A stretch of 64,000 bases of DNA from Gammaproteobacteria bacterium (GTDB lineage Bacteria; Pseudomonadota; Gammaproteobacteria; UBA4575): NCBI GenBank assembly GCA_028279275.1, contig JANQOB010000009.1, forward strand, positions 200,781-264,780. Direction: 5' to 3'. Shown here piece by piece: positions 20,566 through 31,645 of the stretch. The notes under the pieces were generated by a model, which saw nothing but the letters and a program-made list of their open reading frames with translations, searched no databases and was not told the origin of the DNA. Within the stretch, counting starts at the first letter, position 1. Every line of letters starts with the position of its first letter. The position numbers and the translations under genes are program-made.

Positions 20566-21432
20566 ATGCAAGCAGATTTACTTACAAAAGTAATTCTTCC
20601 AGTCTCTCTCTTCTGCATTATGTTTGGGATGGGTATTTCTTTAAGACCACTAGATTTTAAGAGGATTATTAAATCACCGAAAGTCGTGGCCATTGGTATT
20701 TGCGCGCAAATGCTCTTACTGCCATCGATCGCTTTTATTTTTGCTAATGCGTTAAAGCTGCCGCCAGAAATTGCTGTAGGCCTAATTATTATTGCGTTGG
20801 CTCCAGGAGGTGCAACATCAAATATGTTCACTTATTTATCTAAGGGCGATGTATCTTTATCCATCACATTAACCGCAATAGTAAGTTTAATTGCGCCTTT
20901 TAGCATTCCTGTTCTTGTTGGTTTGAGTATGGTTTATTTTCTTGGCAGCAATACAACATTCAATTTGCCGATTATTGAAACAATTATTCAACTGTTAGTG
21001 ATTACAGTTATTCCTGTTGTTTTAGGCATGTTCGTCTTGTCTCGCTGGGAGACTCTCGCAAAAAAAATTGAACCTGTAATCAAATGGCTTTCAATATTAT
21101 TTCTGATATTGATTATTGTTTTAATTGTATTAAAAAATTATGCAAACATGCCTAGTTATTTTTCACAAGCGGGGTTAGCAACATTATTGCTTAATTTCAC
21201 TGCATTAATTTTAGGATACCTACTGGCTAAATTGGCAAAACTTTTACATTCTCAGGCTATAACAATTGGTTTTGAGGTTGGCATTCAGAATGGAACATTA
21301 GCCCTAGTTGTTGCTGGTACATTAATTGGCAATGAAGTCATGATGATTCCAGCAGTTACTTATTCATTGATTATGTTTTTTAGTGGTGCTTTATTTGGCT
21401 GGTGGATGAATAAGCGCGCATATATTGAATAG
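20566..21432 (+). CDS. bile acid:sodium symporter family transporter
   Basis: IMFGMG, APGGATSN, EVGIQNGTL. Confidence 0.9.
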   Translation: MQADLLTKVILPVSLFCIMFGMGISLRPLDFKRIIKSPKVVAIGICAQMLLLPSIAFIFANALKLPPEIAVGLIIIALAPGGATSNMFTYLSKGDVSLSITLTAIVSLIAPFSIPVLVGLSMVYFLGSNTTFNLPIIETIIQLLVITVIPVVLGMFVLSRWETLAKKIEPVIKWLSILFLILIIVLIVLKNYANMPSYFSQAGLATLLLNFTALILGYLLAKLAKLLHSQAITIGFEVGIQNGTLALVVAGTLIGNEVMMIPAVTYSLIMFFSGALFGWWMNKRAYIE

Positions 21433-21521
21433 AAATACAAGTGTTTTGATCTTGGCTGGACTAACGAATCGCGCCGACCCAAGCAAATATTTTTGAATAG
21501 ATGATTAAAAGCTAGCTGTTG

Positions 21522-24068
21522 CTAGTTGAGATCATCTCCTACGATACTATTATATTTTCTCAAAATATTTCTTTTTTGAGCCTCATTTTCCCCTAGGCCT
21601 AAAACTTTATAAACATGCAGGAGATAGCCCGCATAAACATAATTATGATCACGTTTAGTAATATCATTTAAATATGGATCGCTTATTGAAGGTGATTTTT
21701 TATATATCTGCTCATAGAATTTTAATAATTGGGTTGTGTTAAACCATTTTTCTTGTTTAGCGCTTCTTTGTCGATGCGCTATCGGAGCTTGATATTCAAT
21801 GACAGGATGATCATCAACATTTACTAGATAGTTTTCAAATATGTTTTGTGAAATAGATAGATTGCCTACATAGTATTGAAGTAATCGATCAGTTGTCAAA
21901 GGATATGGTCCTTCAGAAATAGCAGTGCTGTCATTTTTCGTAAAAGAGTTATTTTTTATTTGTGATATTCTTTTTCTAACAGTTCGCAGATCTATTTTCG
22001 TTGGGACGGTATGACCAACGAGTAATGCGATAGGTTTAGTTGGATGAAATTTTCCGCGCCACAGGGTAACTTGTGGAAATACCTGCAGCATTGTTTTTGC
22101 GATAATTGCAAATTCATTTTCAGATAATTGAAATAGTGGCAGCCATTGTGCGTAAAATCCGTTTTTATTAAGGCGCATCTTTGCAGTTTCATAATGCTCC
22201 TGTGTATATAAGCTTCCAGTCCCAGCTTTATAAGGTACAAATAAATCCGCAATAATCACATCATAACTTTCATCAGTACCAAGTAGAAAATTTCGTCCAT
22301 CTTCTGCAAAAATGGATACTCGCTTATCTTGAAATAGATTGTTCAAGTATCCTGTGAAATATTTATTAGAAGCTTCAATTACATCTGGGATTAATTCAGT
22401 TACTACTACGCGATCAACAGGGTGACGTAAAGCAGCACCTGCGGTGATACCTGTACCCATACCAAGAAAATATACAGATTTAGGATTTTCATGCATAAGC
22501 AAAGGAAGGTGTGCTTGTCTTTCTTCATGATTACGAGCGTCAGTACCACCTATGCTATAAAAATTATTAACTTTTATGCGCAAAGAGTTTAAGCGTTTAA
22601 CTACACTAACGGTTGCAGCACTGCCATCAAATACTTCTACTAATTCCACAGGTACATTATTCACAGTTCGTAATGTAACGAGCGGAAGCTCAGAGTAGTT
22701 AATTATCAGGATTGAAAAGAGTACGATTGCTTGAAAGATGATGGTTTTAAATGACTTAATATTGTTTATTAGGACAATTATTATTGTAACGATTAAGTAA
22801 ATTGCTGCAAAAAGTTTAACACTTGTCCATAAGCCAAAGATTTCTAAAAATATAAATCCAGCAACAATTGATCCTACCACAGCGCCAATAGTGTTAATGG
22901 AAGCAAGGTTGCCAATAATTTGACCACTAATTAGCGGCTGTGATTCACATGCTTTTATGAGATATGGAAATACTATTCCAAGAAGAATTATCGGAATGAA
23001 AGTAACACTGGCAATAAGTACAAATACACTTAAAGTATACTCTATCCAACTTTGAGTTGAGCCAAAGTAGCTTAAATTATCTGTTGCATATATAAACAAA
23101 TATGGTGTTGCTACGACTAACAAACTTGAAAAAGTTATAACAATAAAAATAGCATTCGTATGTTGTTTTACTCGTGTCAGAAGAACTCTTGCAATGATGC
23201 TGCCCAATGAGAGCGAGATTAAAAATACGATTAGAATAGTTGAGAAAGTATATACAGAATTATGTAGAACCTGAGCGAACATTCGTGTCCACAGTACCTG
23301 CATGCCCAATGTTACAACACCTGAAACAAATGCAAGAGTTAATATCGATCTATTCGATAACTTTATTCTCAAAGTCGCGGTATCTTCATTTAAAAATTCT
23401 GTCTTAGTTGATGAATCTTTAGCCTTAAAAAAACGATCGTATAGAAAAGCAAAGAGTCCAACTAGTAAGGTGATTGCCACCGCAAAAAGATAAGAAAATG
23501 TATACCCTAAATACTTCGGTAATAAAAATCCTGCTACAAAAGCCCCTAGTGAAGCGCCAATTATATTTATGGCATAGATAACAGATACGTGTTTGCCAAG
23601 AGTTGATTTATTGCGGACTAAATATTGACTTATTGCTGGAAGAGTCCCACCCATAAAAAATGCAGGAGGAAATAGTATGACTAGTGCAAGTAAGAATTTA
23701 ACAAATATAAACGCCCAATGACCTGAACCAAAAGTATTGAATAGAATAGGATATAAATAATTATAAAGATCGGACAATAGAAAGTAGAGTAGTGCACTAA
23801 TTGCAACTAAAAATTCTAGAAATGCGTAAATACGAAGTGGTTTTTGTATTCTAGAAAGAAATTTTCCCAAAACAAAACTTCCACATCCTATACCTATAAA
23901 AAAAGCCGAAAGTGTCGTTGAAGCAGCATGGGCTGTGTTACCAAAAATTAATCCTAACTCCTTCATCCACAGGACTTCGTATACTAGACCCGTAAAGCCA
24001 GAGGTGAAAAAGAAGATTGAAACGATTACAAAATCGAGTTTGGGTGAAACGGTACGCAATGAGCCCAT
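21522..24068 (-). CDS. fused MFS-like membrane domain / spermidine-synthase-like SAM-binding protein
   Basis: SGFTGLVYEVLW TM repeats, then LGMGTGIT, EDGRNFL, YDVIIADLF. Confidence 0.85.
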   Translation of the reverse strand: MGSLRTVSPKLDFVIVSIFFFTSGFTGLVYEVLWMKELGLIFGNTAHAASTTLSAFFIGIGCGSFVLGKFLSRIQKPLRIYAFLEFLVAISALLYFLLSDLYNYLYPILFNTFGSGHWAFIFVKFLLALVILFPPAFFMGGTLPAISQYLVRNKSTLGKHVSVIYAINIIGASLGAFVAGFLLPKYLGYTFSYLFAVAITLLVGLFAFLYDRFFKAKDSSTKTEFLNEDTATLRIKLSNRSILTLAFVSGVVTLGMQVLWTRMFAQVLHNSVYTFSTILIVFLISLSLGSIIARVLLTRVKQHTNAIFIVITFSSLLVVATPYLFIYATDNLSYFGSTQSWIEYTLSVFVLIASVTFIPIILLGIVFPYLIKACESQPLISGQIIGNLASINTIGAVVGSIVAGFIFLEIFGLWTSVKLFAAIYLIVTIIIVLINNIKSFKTIIFQAIVLFSILIINYSELPLVTLRTVNNVPVELVEVFDGSAATVSVVKRLNSLRIKVNNFYSIGGTDARNHEERQAHLPLLMHENPKSVYFLGMGTGITAGAALRHPVDRVVVTELIPDVIEASNKYFTGYLNNLFQDKRVSIFAEDGRNFLLGTDESYDVIIADLFVPYKAGTGSLYTQEHYETAKMRLNKNGFYAQWLPLFQLSENEFAIIAKTMLQVFPQVTLWRGKFHPTKPIALLVGHTVPTKIDLRTVRKRISQIKNNSFTKNDSTAISEGPYPLTTDRLLQYYVGNLSISQNIFENYLVNVDDHPVIEYQAPIAHRQRSAKQEKWFNTTQLLKFYEQIYKKSPSISDPYLNDITKRDHNYVYAGYLLHVYKVLGLGENEAQKRNILRKYNSIVGDDLN

Positions 24069-24477
24069 GAGTAGATATTAAATGTGGTTTTTGAAAATTG
24101 CTGAAAAAGCATTGTCTTAATGGATTCTTTTTAGCTTAATTATATTGCTAGATAATATTTTCTGTTAGCAGTAGCACTGATATACTATCCACAATACAAT
24201 AAACTATATATAAACACATATTTTAGGAGCGGGTATCAATTAGCAGACTTCATGCTTCCATTAACTAATCGATAAAAATAAGGTTCCAAGATAGCATGAA
24301 GTAGGTAAGCCCTGTCAGTTTTAATTTAAAACTGATCTTTCCCATATAAAAATTATTACTTATCAAGCCTAGTTTTAATAGTATTTAGCTATATCTCGAT
24401 GACTCTTTGTTAGGTTTGGTAAGTTGTAGATTTAATAAAACTGTTCTTATAAATTTTTCAAAATATATAGAGAATAG

Positions 24478-26826
24478 ATGACATACACTCTCAAGTTAAA
24501 AGATGTAAGAATCGGTGATGTATCTATAGTGGGTGGGAAAAATGCGTCACTTGGTGAGATGATTCATCATCTTACCGATAAAGGCGTGCGTGTTCCTGGT
24601 GGTTTTGCAACTACTGCTGATGCGTTTCAAGAGTTTTTAGATACAAACAAACTAACATCATCAATAAATCAATTATTAGATGATTTAGATGTTAATAATT
24701 TACAAGAACTTTCGAAAACAGGTAATGAGATACGCGATTTAATTACTAATGCGCCTTTGCCTGATAATCTCCTAAACGCAATCAAAGATTCCTATGCAGA
24801 AATGGAACATGCATTGGGTGAAAATATTGCGGTCGCCGTTCGATCTTCCGCAACTGCTGAAGATTTACCTGAAGCTTCTTTTGCCGGCCAGCAAGAAAGC
24901 TTTTTAAATATCTCAGGTATAGATTCAGTCATTAATGCGGTTAAGCAAGTATATGCTTCGTTGTTTAACGATAGGGCAATTGCTTATCGTGTTCATAAAG
25001 GTTTTCAGCATAGTGATGTCTCTATTTCTGTTGGGGTCCAGCAAATGGTCCGTAGCGATTTAGCTTCAAGTGGCGTTATGTTTACATTAGACACGGAGTC
25101 GGGTTTTAGAGATGCAGTTTTTATTACTGCAAGTTACGGATTAGGAGAGGCTGTTGTACAAGGCGAAGTAAATCCAGATGAATTTTATGTCTTCAAACCA
25201 ACATTAAAACTTAATAAACTTGCTATTACTTTCCGCTCGCTTGGAAGCAAAAGAATGAAAATGATTTATGACTCCAATGGTGGTGTAAAAAAGGTGGATG
25301 TTTCTGTAGAGGAGCAAAATAATTTCTGTATTTCCGATCATGATATTGAAGAACTTGCGCGTATAGGATGTTTAATTGAAGAGAAGTATCAATGTCCAAT
25401 GGATATTGAATGGGCGAAAGATGGAGTAACAGAGAAGTTATATATAGTTCAAGCACGTCCCGAAACAGTTATGAGTCAAAACCAACAAGCAGTTGAACGT
25501 TATACCTTAAAGAACAGGACTGAAGTATTAGTTACGGGAAGAAGTATTGGTCAGAAAATTGCAAATGGTATGGTCAGTATTATTGACAGTATTGAAAATA
25601 TTGAAGACTTAAATGATGGAGAAGTTTTAGTTACAGATATGACTGATCCTGATTGGGAGCCAGTAATGCAGCGCGCATCAGCAATTGTAACGAATCGAGG
25701 TGGTCGAACATGTCATGCTGCAATTATTGCACGCGAACTTGGAGTACCCGCTATTGTAGGATGTGGTGATGCTACAGAAAAATTGACACAAAATCAGAGT
25801 GTGACAATTTCCTGCGCTGAGGGTGATACAGGATATGTCTATAGCGGCGAGCTTGATTATGAGGTAAATCGTTTTGAGTTTGATAATGTTCCTAAAATCG
25901 CTTGTAAAATTATGGCAAATGTTGGCAATCCTTTCAGAGCATTTTCATTTTCACAAATTCCAAATGATGGAGTCGGTTTAGCAAGACTAGAATTTATAAT
26001 TAACAAAATGGTAGGCGTGCACCCCCAAGCATTGCTTGAATTTAATTCATTATCAAAAGAACTTCAGACAAAAATTAAAACCTTAATGGTCCCATATCAA
26101 GACCCTATTGAGTTTTATGTAGATAAGTTACGGCAAGGAGTATCAACGATAGCCGCCGCATTTTATCCCAAGCCGGTAATAGTGCGTTTATCAGATTTTA
26201 AATCAAATGAATATGCACATATGACTGGTGGGAGTCTTTATGAACCTCATGAAGAAAACCCCATGATTGGTTTTCGCGGAGCATCACGATACATATCTGA
26301 TTCATTTAAATCATCTTTTGAGCTCGAGTGCAGGGCTCTTAAGATTGTTCGTGATGAAATGAATTTGACTAATGTAAAAATTATGGTTCCCTTTGTACGC
26401 ACAACGCAGGAAGCCAAACAGGTCATCGAATTGCTCAAGCAGAATGAGCTTGAAAGAGGTAAAAATGGTTTAGAAGTTATTATGATGTGCGAGATTCCGA
26501 GTAATGCGATACTCGCAGAAGAATTTTTAGAGTATTTTGATGGATTTTCGATAGGTTCAAATGATCTTACTCAAATGACATTAGCATTAGACCGAGATTC
26601 AGAGATCATCGCAGATAAATTTGATGAAAGAAACGAGGCTGTGAAAACATTAATTCAAAATGTAATTCAGGCATGTAAAAAATCAAAAAAATATATTGGT
26701 ATTTGTGGTCAAGGGCCTTCTGATTATCCAGATTTTGCTGAATGGCTGTTAAAGGAAGGTATAGATAGCATATCACTCAACCCAGACTCAATTGTTGCTA
26801 CGATGATGCAATTGGGGAAAAGCTAG
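24478..26826 (+). CDS. ppsA: phosphoenolpyruvate synthase
   Basis: VGGKNASLGEM, GGRTCHAAI, SIGSNDLTQ, GICGQGPSD. Confidence 0.96.
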   Translation: MTYTLKLKDVRIGDVSIVGGKNASLGEMIHHLTDKGVRVPGGFATTADAFQEFLDTNKLTSSINQLLDDLDVNNLQELSKTGNEIRDLITNAPLPDNLLNAIKDSYAEMEHALGENIAVAVRSSATAEDLPEASFAGQQESFLNISGIDSVINAVKQVYASLFNDRAIAYRVHKGFQHSDVSISVGVQQMVRSDLASSGVMFTLDTESGFRDAVFITASYGLGEAVVQGEVNPDEFYVFKPTLKLNKLAITFRSLGSKRMKMIYDSNGGVKKVDVSVEEQNNFCISDHDIEELARIGCLIEEKYQCPMDIEWAKDGVTEKLYIVQARPETVMSQNQQAVERYTLKNRTEVLVTGRSIGQKIANGMVSIIDSIENIEDLNDGEVLVTDMTDPDWEPVMQRASAIVTNRGGRTCHAAIIARELGVPAIVGCGDATEKLTQNQSVTISCAEGDTGYVYSGELDYEVNRFEFDNVPKIACKIMANVGNPFRAFSFSQIPNDGVGLARLEFIINKMVGVHPQALLEFNSLSKELQTKIKTLMVPYQDPIEFYVDKLRQGVSTIAAAFYPKPVIVRLSDFKSNEYAHMTGGSLYEPHEENPMIGFRGASRYISDSFKSSFELECRALKIVRDEMNLTNVKIMVPFVRTTQEAKQVIELLKQNELERGKNGLEVIMMCEIPSNAILAEEFLEYFDGFSIGSNDLTQMTLALDRDSEIIADKFDERNEAVKTLIQNVIQACKKSKKYIGICGQGPSDYPDFAEWLLKEGIDSISLNPDSIVATMMQLGKS

Positions 26827-26863
26827 TATTCTTACAAGTTCAGTTTATTTAAATTTCTTTTTC

Positions 26864-27697
26864 CTACCAGTTGCGTTCAATTTTCAAGTGTAACGCATGT
26901 ATAATTTTAGTCGCAATTTCTTCTATTGATATTGATGTGGTATCAATATATATAATGTTTTGTTCTTCGTAGAGTTCTTCAGTGTGACGTATTTCGAACG
27001 CACATTGTTTTAATGTAGCGTAGTTACTATTGGGTCTTCTTTTTTCTCGAATATCAGAAAGTTGTTCTGGTGAAATTGTAAGCCCGATAAGTTTGTGTTT
27101 TACTTTTTTGATTGCTTCCGGTAACTCTAGTGATTCGAAATCTGAGTCGGCTAAAGGGTAGTTAGCAGTTTTTAGTTCGTAATGCATCGCTAAATATAAA
27201 CAGGTTGGAGTTTTGCCGCTTCTTGATACTCCGGTTATCACAACATCTGCTTCTTGCAAGTCATTTGCAAGCAAACCATCGTCATGACTTAAGGCGTAAT
27301 TAAGTGCATCCATACGATGGCCATAGGAGTTTGGGTTGCCTAATCCATGCATAATGCCTGATGCCGACGAGGCATGAGTTGCCAAATCTGATTCCATGGA
27401 TGGAATGAATGTAGAGAAAATATCGTAAACAGGTATGTTTTCTTCGGTGAATAATGATTTTATTTCATTATTGGTCAAGCTCGTGAAAACCAAAGGTTGT
27501 ATTCCTGTTTGTTCTTTCTGGTAATGGATATGGCGGATCACATCTTTTGCTATATCTGTGTCAGACACAAATGGAAATACAACTTCATTTATTTCGACAT
27601 CAGGAAACTGAGTAAATAACGACTCAGCAAGTGCAGTGATAGTAATTGCTGTGCCATCAGAGACAAACACTACGTTTTGTTTGCGTTTCTCGGTCAT
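26864..27697 (-). CDS. ppsR: PEP synthase regulatory kinase/pyrophosphorylase
   Basis: VSDGTAIT, HDDG, GVSRSGKTPTCLYLA. Confidence 0.93.
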   Translation of the reverse strand: MTEKRKQNVVFVSDGTAITITALAESLFTQFPDVEINEVVFPFVSDTDIAKDVIRHIHYQKEQTGIQPLVFTSLTNNEIKSLFTEENIPVYDIFSTFIPSMESDLATHASSASGIMHGLGNPNSYGHRMDALNYALSHDDGLLANDLQEADVVITGVSRSGKTPTCLYLAMHYELKTANYPLADSDFESLELPEAIKKVKHKLIGLTISPEQLSDIREKRRPNSNYATLKQCAFEIRHTEELYEEQNIIYIDTTSISIEEIATKIIHALHLKIERNW

Positions 27698-27896
27698 CGA
27701 ATCGAGCCTATCAAAATAACTATAAGAAATAATAATAAATTGTCTAGGTATAAAATCTAGTGAAATGTTGTTTAACTTATCAAGTAATTTACGTAATTAG
27801 TTTTGCTAAGTTTTACTATCTGAAATTTACCAGCTCTGATCCTATTAAAAATAGAATATGCACCCCTTCTGCTAAGGTTATGTTTATTGCAGATTT

Positions 27897-27919
27897 GGGT
27901 GATATAATCACCCGCGCCC
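27897..27919 (+). promoter_or_regulatory. extended -10 promoter of prs, inside a palindrome
   Basis: TGnTATAAT (27900-27908) within GGGTGAT-ATA-ATCACCC, then GC-rich discriminator. Confidence 0.55.
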
Positions 27920-27998
27920 AAAAAGGGTCAAAAAGCCCCGAAGTAAGGGCAACATGATTAATTGACTATTTTATTAATAAGCTGAGACCGTATTTATC

Positions 27999-28973
27999 AT
28001 GATTCGCCAAAGAATCTTACCTGCTGACAGTAATTTAATGGTGTTCTCAGGCAATGCGCACCCAAAACTTGCGCAGGACATTTGTGATGATTTGAACATC
28101 CCGCTAGGCAAAGCATTAGTCAGCAAATTCAGTGACGGAGAAGTGCAGGTTGAAATCCAAGAGAATGTTCGAGGTAAAGATGTCTTTTTAGTCCAACCTA
28201 CGTGCATGCCAACTAATGATAATGTAATGGAGTTACTGATCATGGTGGATGCCTTAAAACGATCTTCGGCAGAGCGCATCACCACAGTGATTCCATATTT
28301 TGGCTACTCCAGGCAAGATCGACGCGTTCGTTCGATCCGTGTACCAATCTCAGCCAAAGTCATTGCTAACCTGTTGCAAGTTGCTGGCACTGACCGGGTA
28401 TTAACTGTTGATTTACACGCTGACCAGATTCAAGGATTCTTCGATATTCCAGTAGACAATATTTATGCATCTCCCATTTTGTTAGGTGATGTATACAAAC
28501 GTAAAGACCCTAATTTAATCGTGGTCTCACCTGATGTGGGCGGTGTAGTACGGGCACGCGCTCTAGCAAAACGATTAGACGATGCTGATCTCGCCATCAT
28601 CGATAAACGTCGCCCGGAGGCCAATAAAGCAGAAGTCATGCATATCATCGGCGAGGTGGAAGGGAAATCCTGCTACATCATTGATGATCTGGTGGATACG
28701 GCCGGTACCCTATGCCAGGCGGCTAAAGCATTAAAAGAGCATGGGGCTGAAAGTGTCAGAGCCTACGCCACACATCCAGTACTCTCAGGTAAGGCTGTTG
28801 AAAATCTTGAGAATTCTATGCTGGATGAATTGGTAGTAACTGATACAATTCCGCTCCGCGAAGAAGCTAGCCACTGTACTCGAATTCGCCAAGTAGGGGT
28901 TTCGGGCCTGGTAGCTGAATCAATGCGCCGTATCAATCAAGAGGAATCTGTGAGTACCTTGTATATGGATTAA
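27999..28973 (+). CDS. prs: ribose-phosphate pyrophosphokinase
   Basis: [26 protein letters not shown]. Confidence 0.97.
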   Translation: MIRQRILPADSNLMVFSGNAHPKLAQDICDDLNIPLGKALVSKFSDGEVQVEIQENVRGKDVFLVQPTCMPTNDNVMELLIMVDALKRSSAERITTVIPYFGYSRQDRRVRSIRVPISAKVIANLLQVAGTDRVLTVDLHADQIQGFFDIPVDNIYASPILLGDVYKRKDPNLIVVSPDVGGVVRARALAKRLDDADLAIIDKRRPEANKAEVMHIIGEVEGKSCYIIDDLVDTAGTLCQAAKALKEHGAESVRAYATHPVLSGKAVENLENSMLDELVVTDTIPLREEASHCTRIRQVGVSGLVAESMRRINQEESVSTLYMD

Positions 28974-29032
28974 GGTATATGGGCATCTCGCGGCCCGGTA
29001 GCAGAAAATAAAGAAAGTTTGGAGAAATACTA

Positions 29033-29737
29033 ATGAGTGCCGATTTTACATTAAGTGCCGAAGTTCGTGACGAATCGCAGCTTGGCAAAGGAGCGAGTCG
29101 CAGGTTACGTCGTTCGGGCAAAGTACCTGCAGTCATTTATGGAGGTGGGGAAGATCCCGTTTCCGTTACATTCGATCACGACACATTGATTCATAGTTTA
29201 GAGCAGGAAGCTTTCTATTCTCATATCCTGACTGTCGATGTTGCAGGCAAATCACAGCGTGCTATCTTGCGAGATCTACAACGCCATCCATATAAACCAA
29301 CGGTTTTACATATGGATCTTTTACGCGTGCGTGAAGACACTGCGATTAACGTGCATGTGCCTTTACACTTTTTAAATGAAGATATTTGCCACGGTGTAAA
29401 AATGGAAGGTGGTGCTATCAGCCATAACATCGCAGAAATTGAAATTTCATGTTTACCAAAAGATTTACCAGAATTTATTGAAGTCGACACTGCCGAACTT
29501 AAATTAAATGAAGCTATTCATCTTAGTGAAATCAAAGTTCCAGAGGGGATTACTATCGTAGAGCTTTCGCATGGCGAAGGGCACGACCACGTTGTTGTCT
29601 CGGTACATGTTAAACGTGCTGTTGAAGAAGAACCTGTTGTAGCGGCACAAGGTGAAGAGGTTGCAGAAGGTGAAGCTGAGACTAAAGCAGAGGATGATGC
29701 CAAAGACGAAGATAAATCATCAGGAGATGATTCTTAA
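29033..29737 (+). CDS. rplY: 50S ribosomal protein L25/Ctc
   Basis: [22 protein letters not shown]; long Ctc form with acidic tail. Confidence 0.96.
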   Translation: MSADFTLSAEVRDESQLGKGASRRLRRSGKVPAVIYGGGEDPVSVTFDHDTLIHSLEQEAFYSHILTVDVAGKSQRAILRDLQRHPYKPTVLHMDLLRVREDTAINVHVPLHFLNEDICHGVKMEGGAISHNIAEIEISCLPKDLPEFIEVDTAELKLNEAIHLSEIKVPEGITIVELSHGEGHDHVVVSVHVKRAVEEEPVVAAQGEEVAEGEAETKAEDDAKDEDKSSGDDS

Positions 29738-29749
29738 CTAATCTCTCTT

Positions 29750-30334
29750 GTGTCTAATAATAAAGGCATCCGCCTAATTGTCGGACTTGGCAATCCAGGT
29801 GATAAACACGAACAAACCCGGCATAACGCCGGGTTTTGGTTTGTGGACGCTCTAGCCCAAAGAGAAAATGCAATATTCAAACATGAGCTTAAGTTCAAAG
29901 GCGAAGTAGCTCATTTCAGTTGTCAGGGACAAAAAACCTGGTTACTTAAACCCCAAACTTACATGAATGATAGTGGCGAATCTCTTCGGCCATTTTGTGA
30001 TTTTTATAAAATTCCCACCGAACAAATTTTAGTAGCACACGATGAAATAGATTTGCCCAATGGCGAAGTAAAAATTAAATGGTCAGGGGGTCATGGTGGG
30101 CACAATGGTTTGCGTAGTATTTTTGCGCATTTAAATAAAGACTTTTGGCGCTTGCGAATTGGTGTTGGTCACCCCGGGCATAAAGATCAAGTAGTCAACT
30201 ACGTACTAAAAAGAGTGAATCAACAAGATCGTGCAGATATTGATGATGCGATCATTGACGCAATGAACTGCATAGAAGAATGTGTTGAGGGTAATTTCGA
30301 TTCTGCAATGAAAAAATTGCACACAAAAGGTTGA
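29750..30334 (+). CDS. pth: peptidyl-tRNA hydrolase
   Basis: GLGNPG, TRHNAG, GGHNGL. Confidence 0.97.
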   Translation: MSNNKGIRLIVGLGNPGDKHEQTRHNAGFWFVDALAQRENAIFKHELKFKGEVAHFSCQGQKTWLLKPQTYMNDSGESLRPFCDFYKIPTEQILVAHDEIDLPNGEVKIKWSGGHGGHNGLRSIFAHLNKDFWRLRIGVGHPGHKDQVVNYVLKRVNQQDRADIDDAIIDAMNCIEECVEGNFDSAMKKLHTKG

Positions 30335-30338
30335 TGCA

Positions 30339-31430
30339 ATGGGATTCAAATGTGGAATTGTAGGTCTGCCTAACGTAGGCAAATCAACACTCTTTAATGC
30401 TTTGACTGCAACAGAAATTGCAGCAGAAAATTATCCTTTTTGTACAATCGATCCAAATGTAGGAATCGTTCCAGTTCCTGACCCACGCTTAGACACACTT
30501 GCTAAGATTGCATCTTCTGCAGAAGTCATTCCAACGACGATAGAGTTTGTTGACATTGCAGGACTCGTAGCAGGAGCCTCTAAAGGTGAGGGATTGGGCA
30601 ATCAATTTTTAGGCCATATTCGAGAGACCGATGCGATTGCACATGTGGTACGTTGTTTTGAAGATGAAAACATTATTCATGTAGATGGAAAAGTTAACCC
30701 AATTTCAGACCTTGAAACCATTTATACAGAATTAATTTTAGCCGACCTAGAATCCGTTGATAAAGCGATCGCAAAAGTAGAACGTGTTGCCAAGTCTGGA
30801 AATAAAGATGCTTTAGCACAAGTAGAACTATATAAAAAACTAAAAGAACACCTTGAAAACGAAAAAGATGCATTTAGCTTTGAAATAAGTAAAGAACAAG
30901 CAATACTTTTACATGAGCTGCATTTAATTACTGCTAAACCTTCATTTTATATTGCAAATGTAGCGGAAGATGGTTTTGAAAATAACGAACATTTAAAAAA
31001 ACTTGAAGAGTTGGCAAAAAAAAGATCTGTTCAAGTGATTCCTGTCTGCGCACAAATTGAAGCCGAACTTGCTCAATTAGATGATTCAGAGCAAAAAGAG
31101 TATTTAGCAGAGTTAGGTTTAGAAGAGCCAGGTTTAAACCGAGTAATACGCGCAGGTTATGAGTTGCTGGGGCTGCAAACGTTTTTTACTGCGGGTCCAA
31201 AAGAAGCACGAGCGTGGACAGTTGCTAAAGGCGCAACTGCTCCGCAAGCGGCAGGCAAAATTCACACCGATTTTGAAAAAGGATTTATCCGAGCCGAAGT
31301 CGTTGCCTATCAGGACTATGTCGATGCCAATGGTGAAGCAGGGGCCAAAGAAGCCGGTAAATGGCGTCTAGAGGGTAAAGAATATGTGATGCAAGAAGCG
31401 GATGTGGTCCACTTTAGGTTCAATGTTTAA
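30339..31430 (+). CDS. ychF: redox-regulated ATPase YchF
   Basis: [25 protein letters not shown]. Confidence 0.97.
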   Translation: MGFKCGIVGLPNVGKSTLFNALTATEIAAENYPFCTIDPNVGIVPVPDPRLDTLAKIASSAEVIPTTIEFVDIAGLVAGASKGEGLGNQFLGHIRETDAIAHVVRCFEDENIIHVDGKVNPISDLETIYTELILADLESVDKAIAKVERVAKSGNKDALAQVELYKKLKEHLENEKDAFSFEISKEQAILLHELHLITAKPSFYIANVAEDGFENNEHLKKLEELAKKRSVQVIPVCAQIEAELAQLDDSEQKEYLAELGLEEPGLNRVIRAGYELLGLQTFFTAGPKEARAWTVAKGATAPQAAGKIHTDFEKGFIRAEVVAYQDYVDANGEAGAKEAGKWRLEGKEYVMQEADVVHFRFNV

Positions 31431-31445
31431 TACTTTTGGGTAGAA

Positions 31446-31474
31446 TTGACAGTTTGCAGGGCCTTATATAAGGT
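31446..31474 (+). promoter_or_regulatory. sigma70 promoter for tRNA-Met
   Basis: TTGACA-17 nt-TAAGGT followed by CCGC discriminator. Confidence 0.6.
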
Positions 31475-31509
31475 CCGCTAACCCAAATCATGGGTCAATC
31501 TAAGTATAT

Positions 31510-31586
31510 GGCTATGTAGCTCAGTTGGTTAGAGCACAGCATTCATAATGCTGGGGTCATTGGTTCAAGTCCAATCATAGCCACCA
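31510..31586 (+). tRNA. tRNA-Met(CAT), elongator type
   Basis: GGCTATG/CATAGCC acceptor, CAGCA-TTCATAA-TGCTG anticodon arm, GGTTCAAGTCC, CCA. Confidence 0.95.
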
Positions 31587-31645
31587 CCCTTCCGAGTAGG
31601 TATTACTCACAAATTAATAATCTCGACGTGGATTCTTTAAATTAT

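Noticed and set aside
21452..21484. TTGGCTGG matching the reverse complement of the tRNA-Gln 3' end (possible att site)
   Set aside because: Only about 7 bp, wrong orientation for attR, and no integrase; it is part of a local hairpin between convergent genes.
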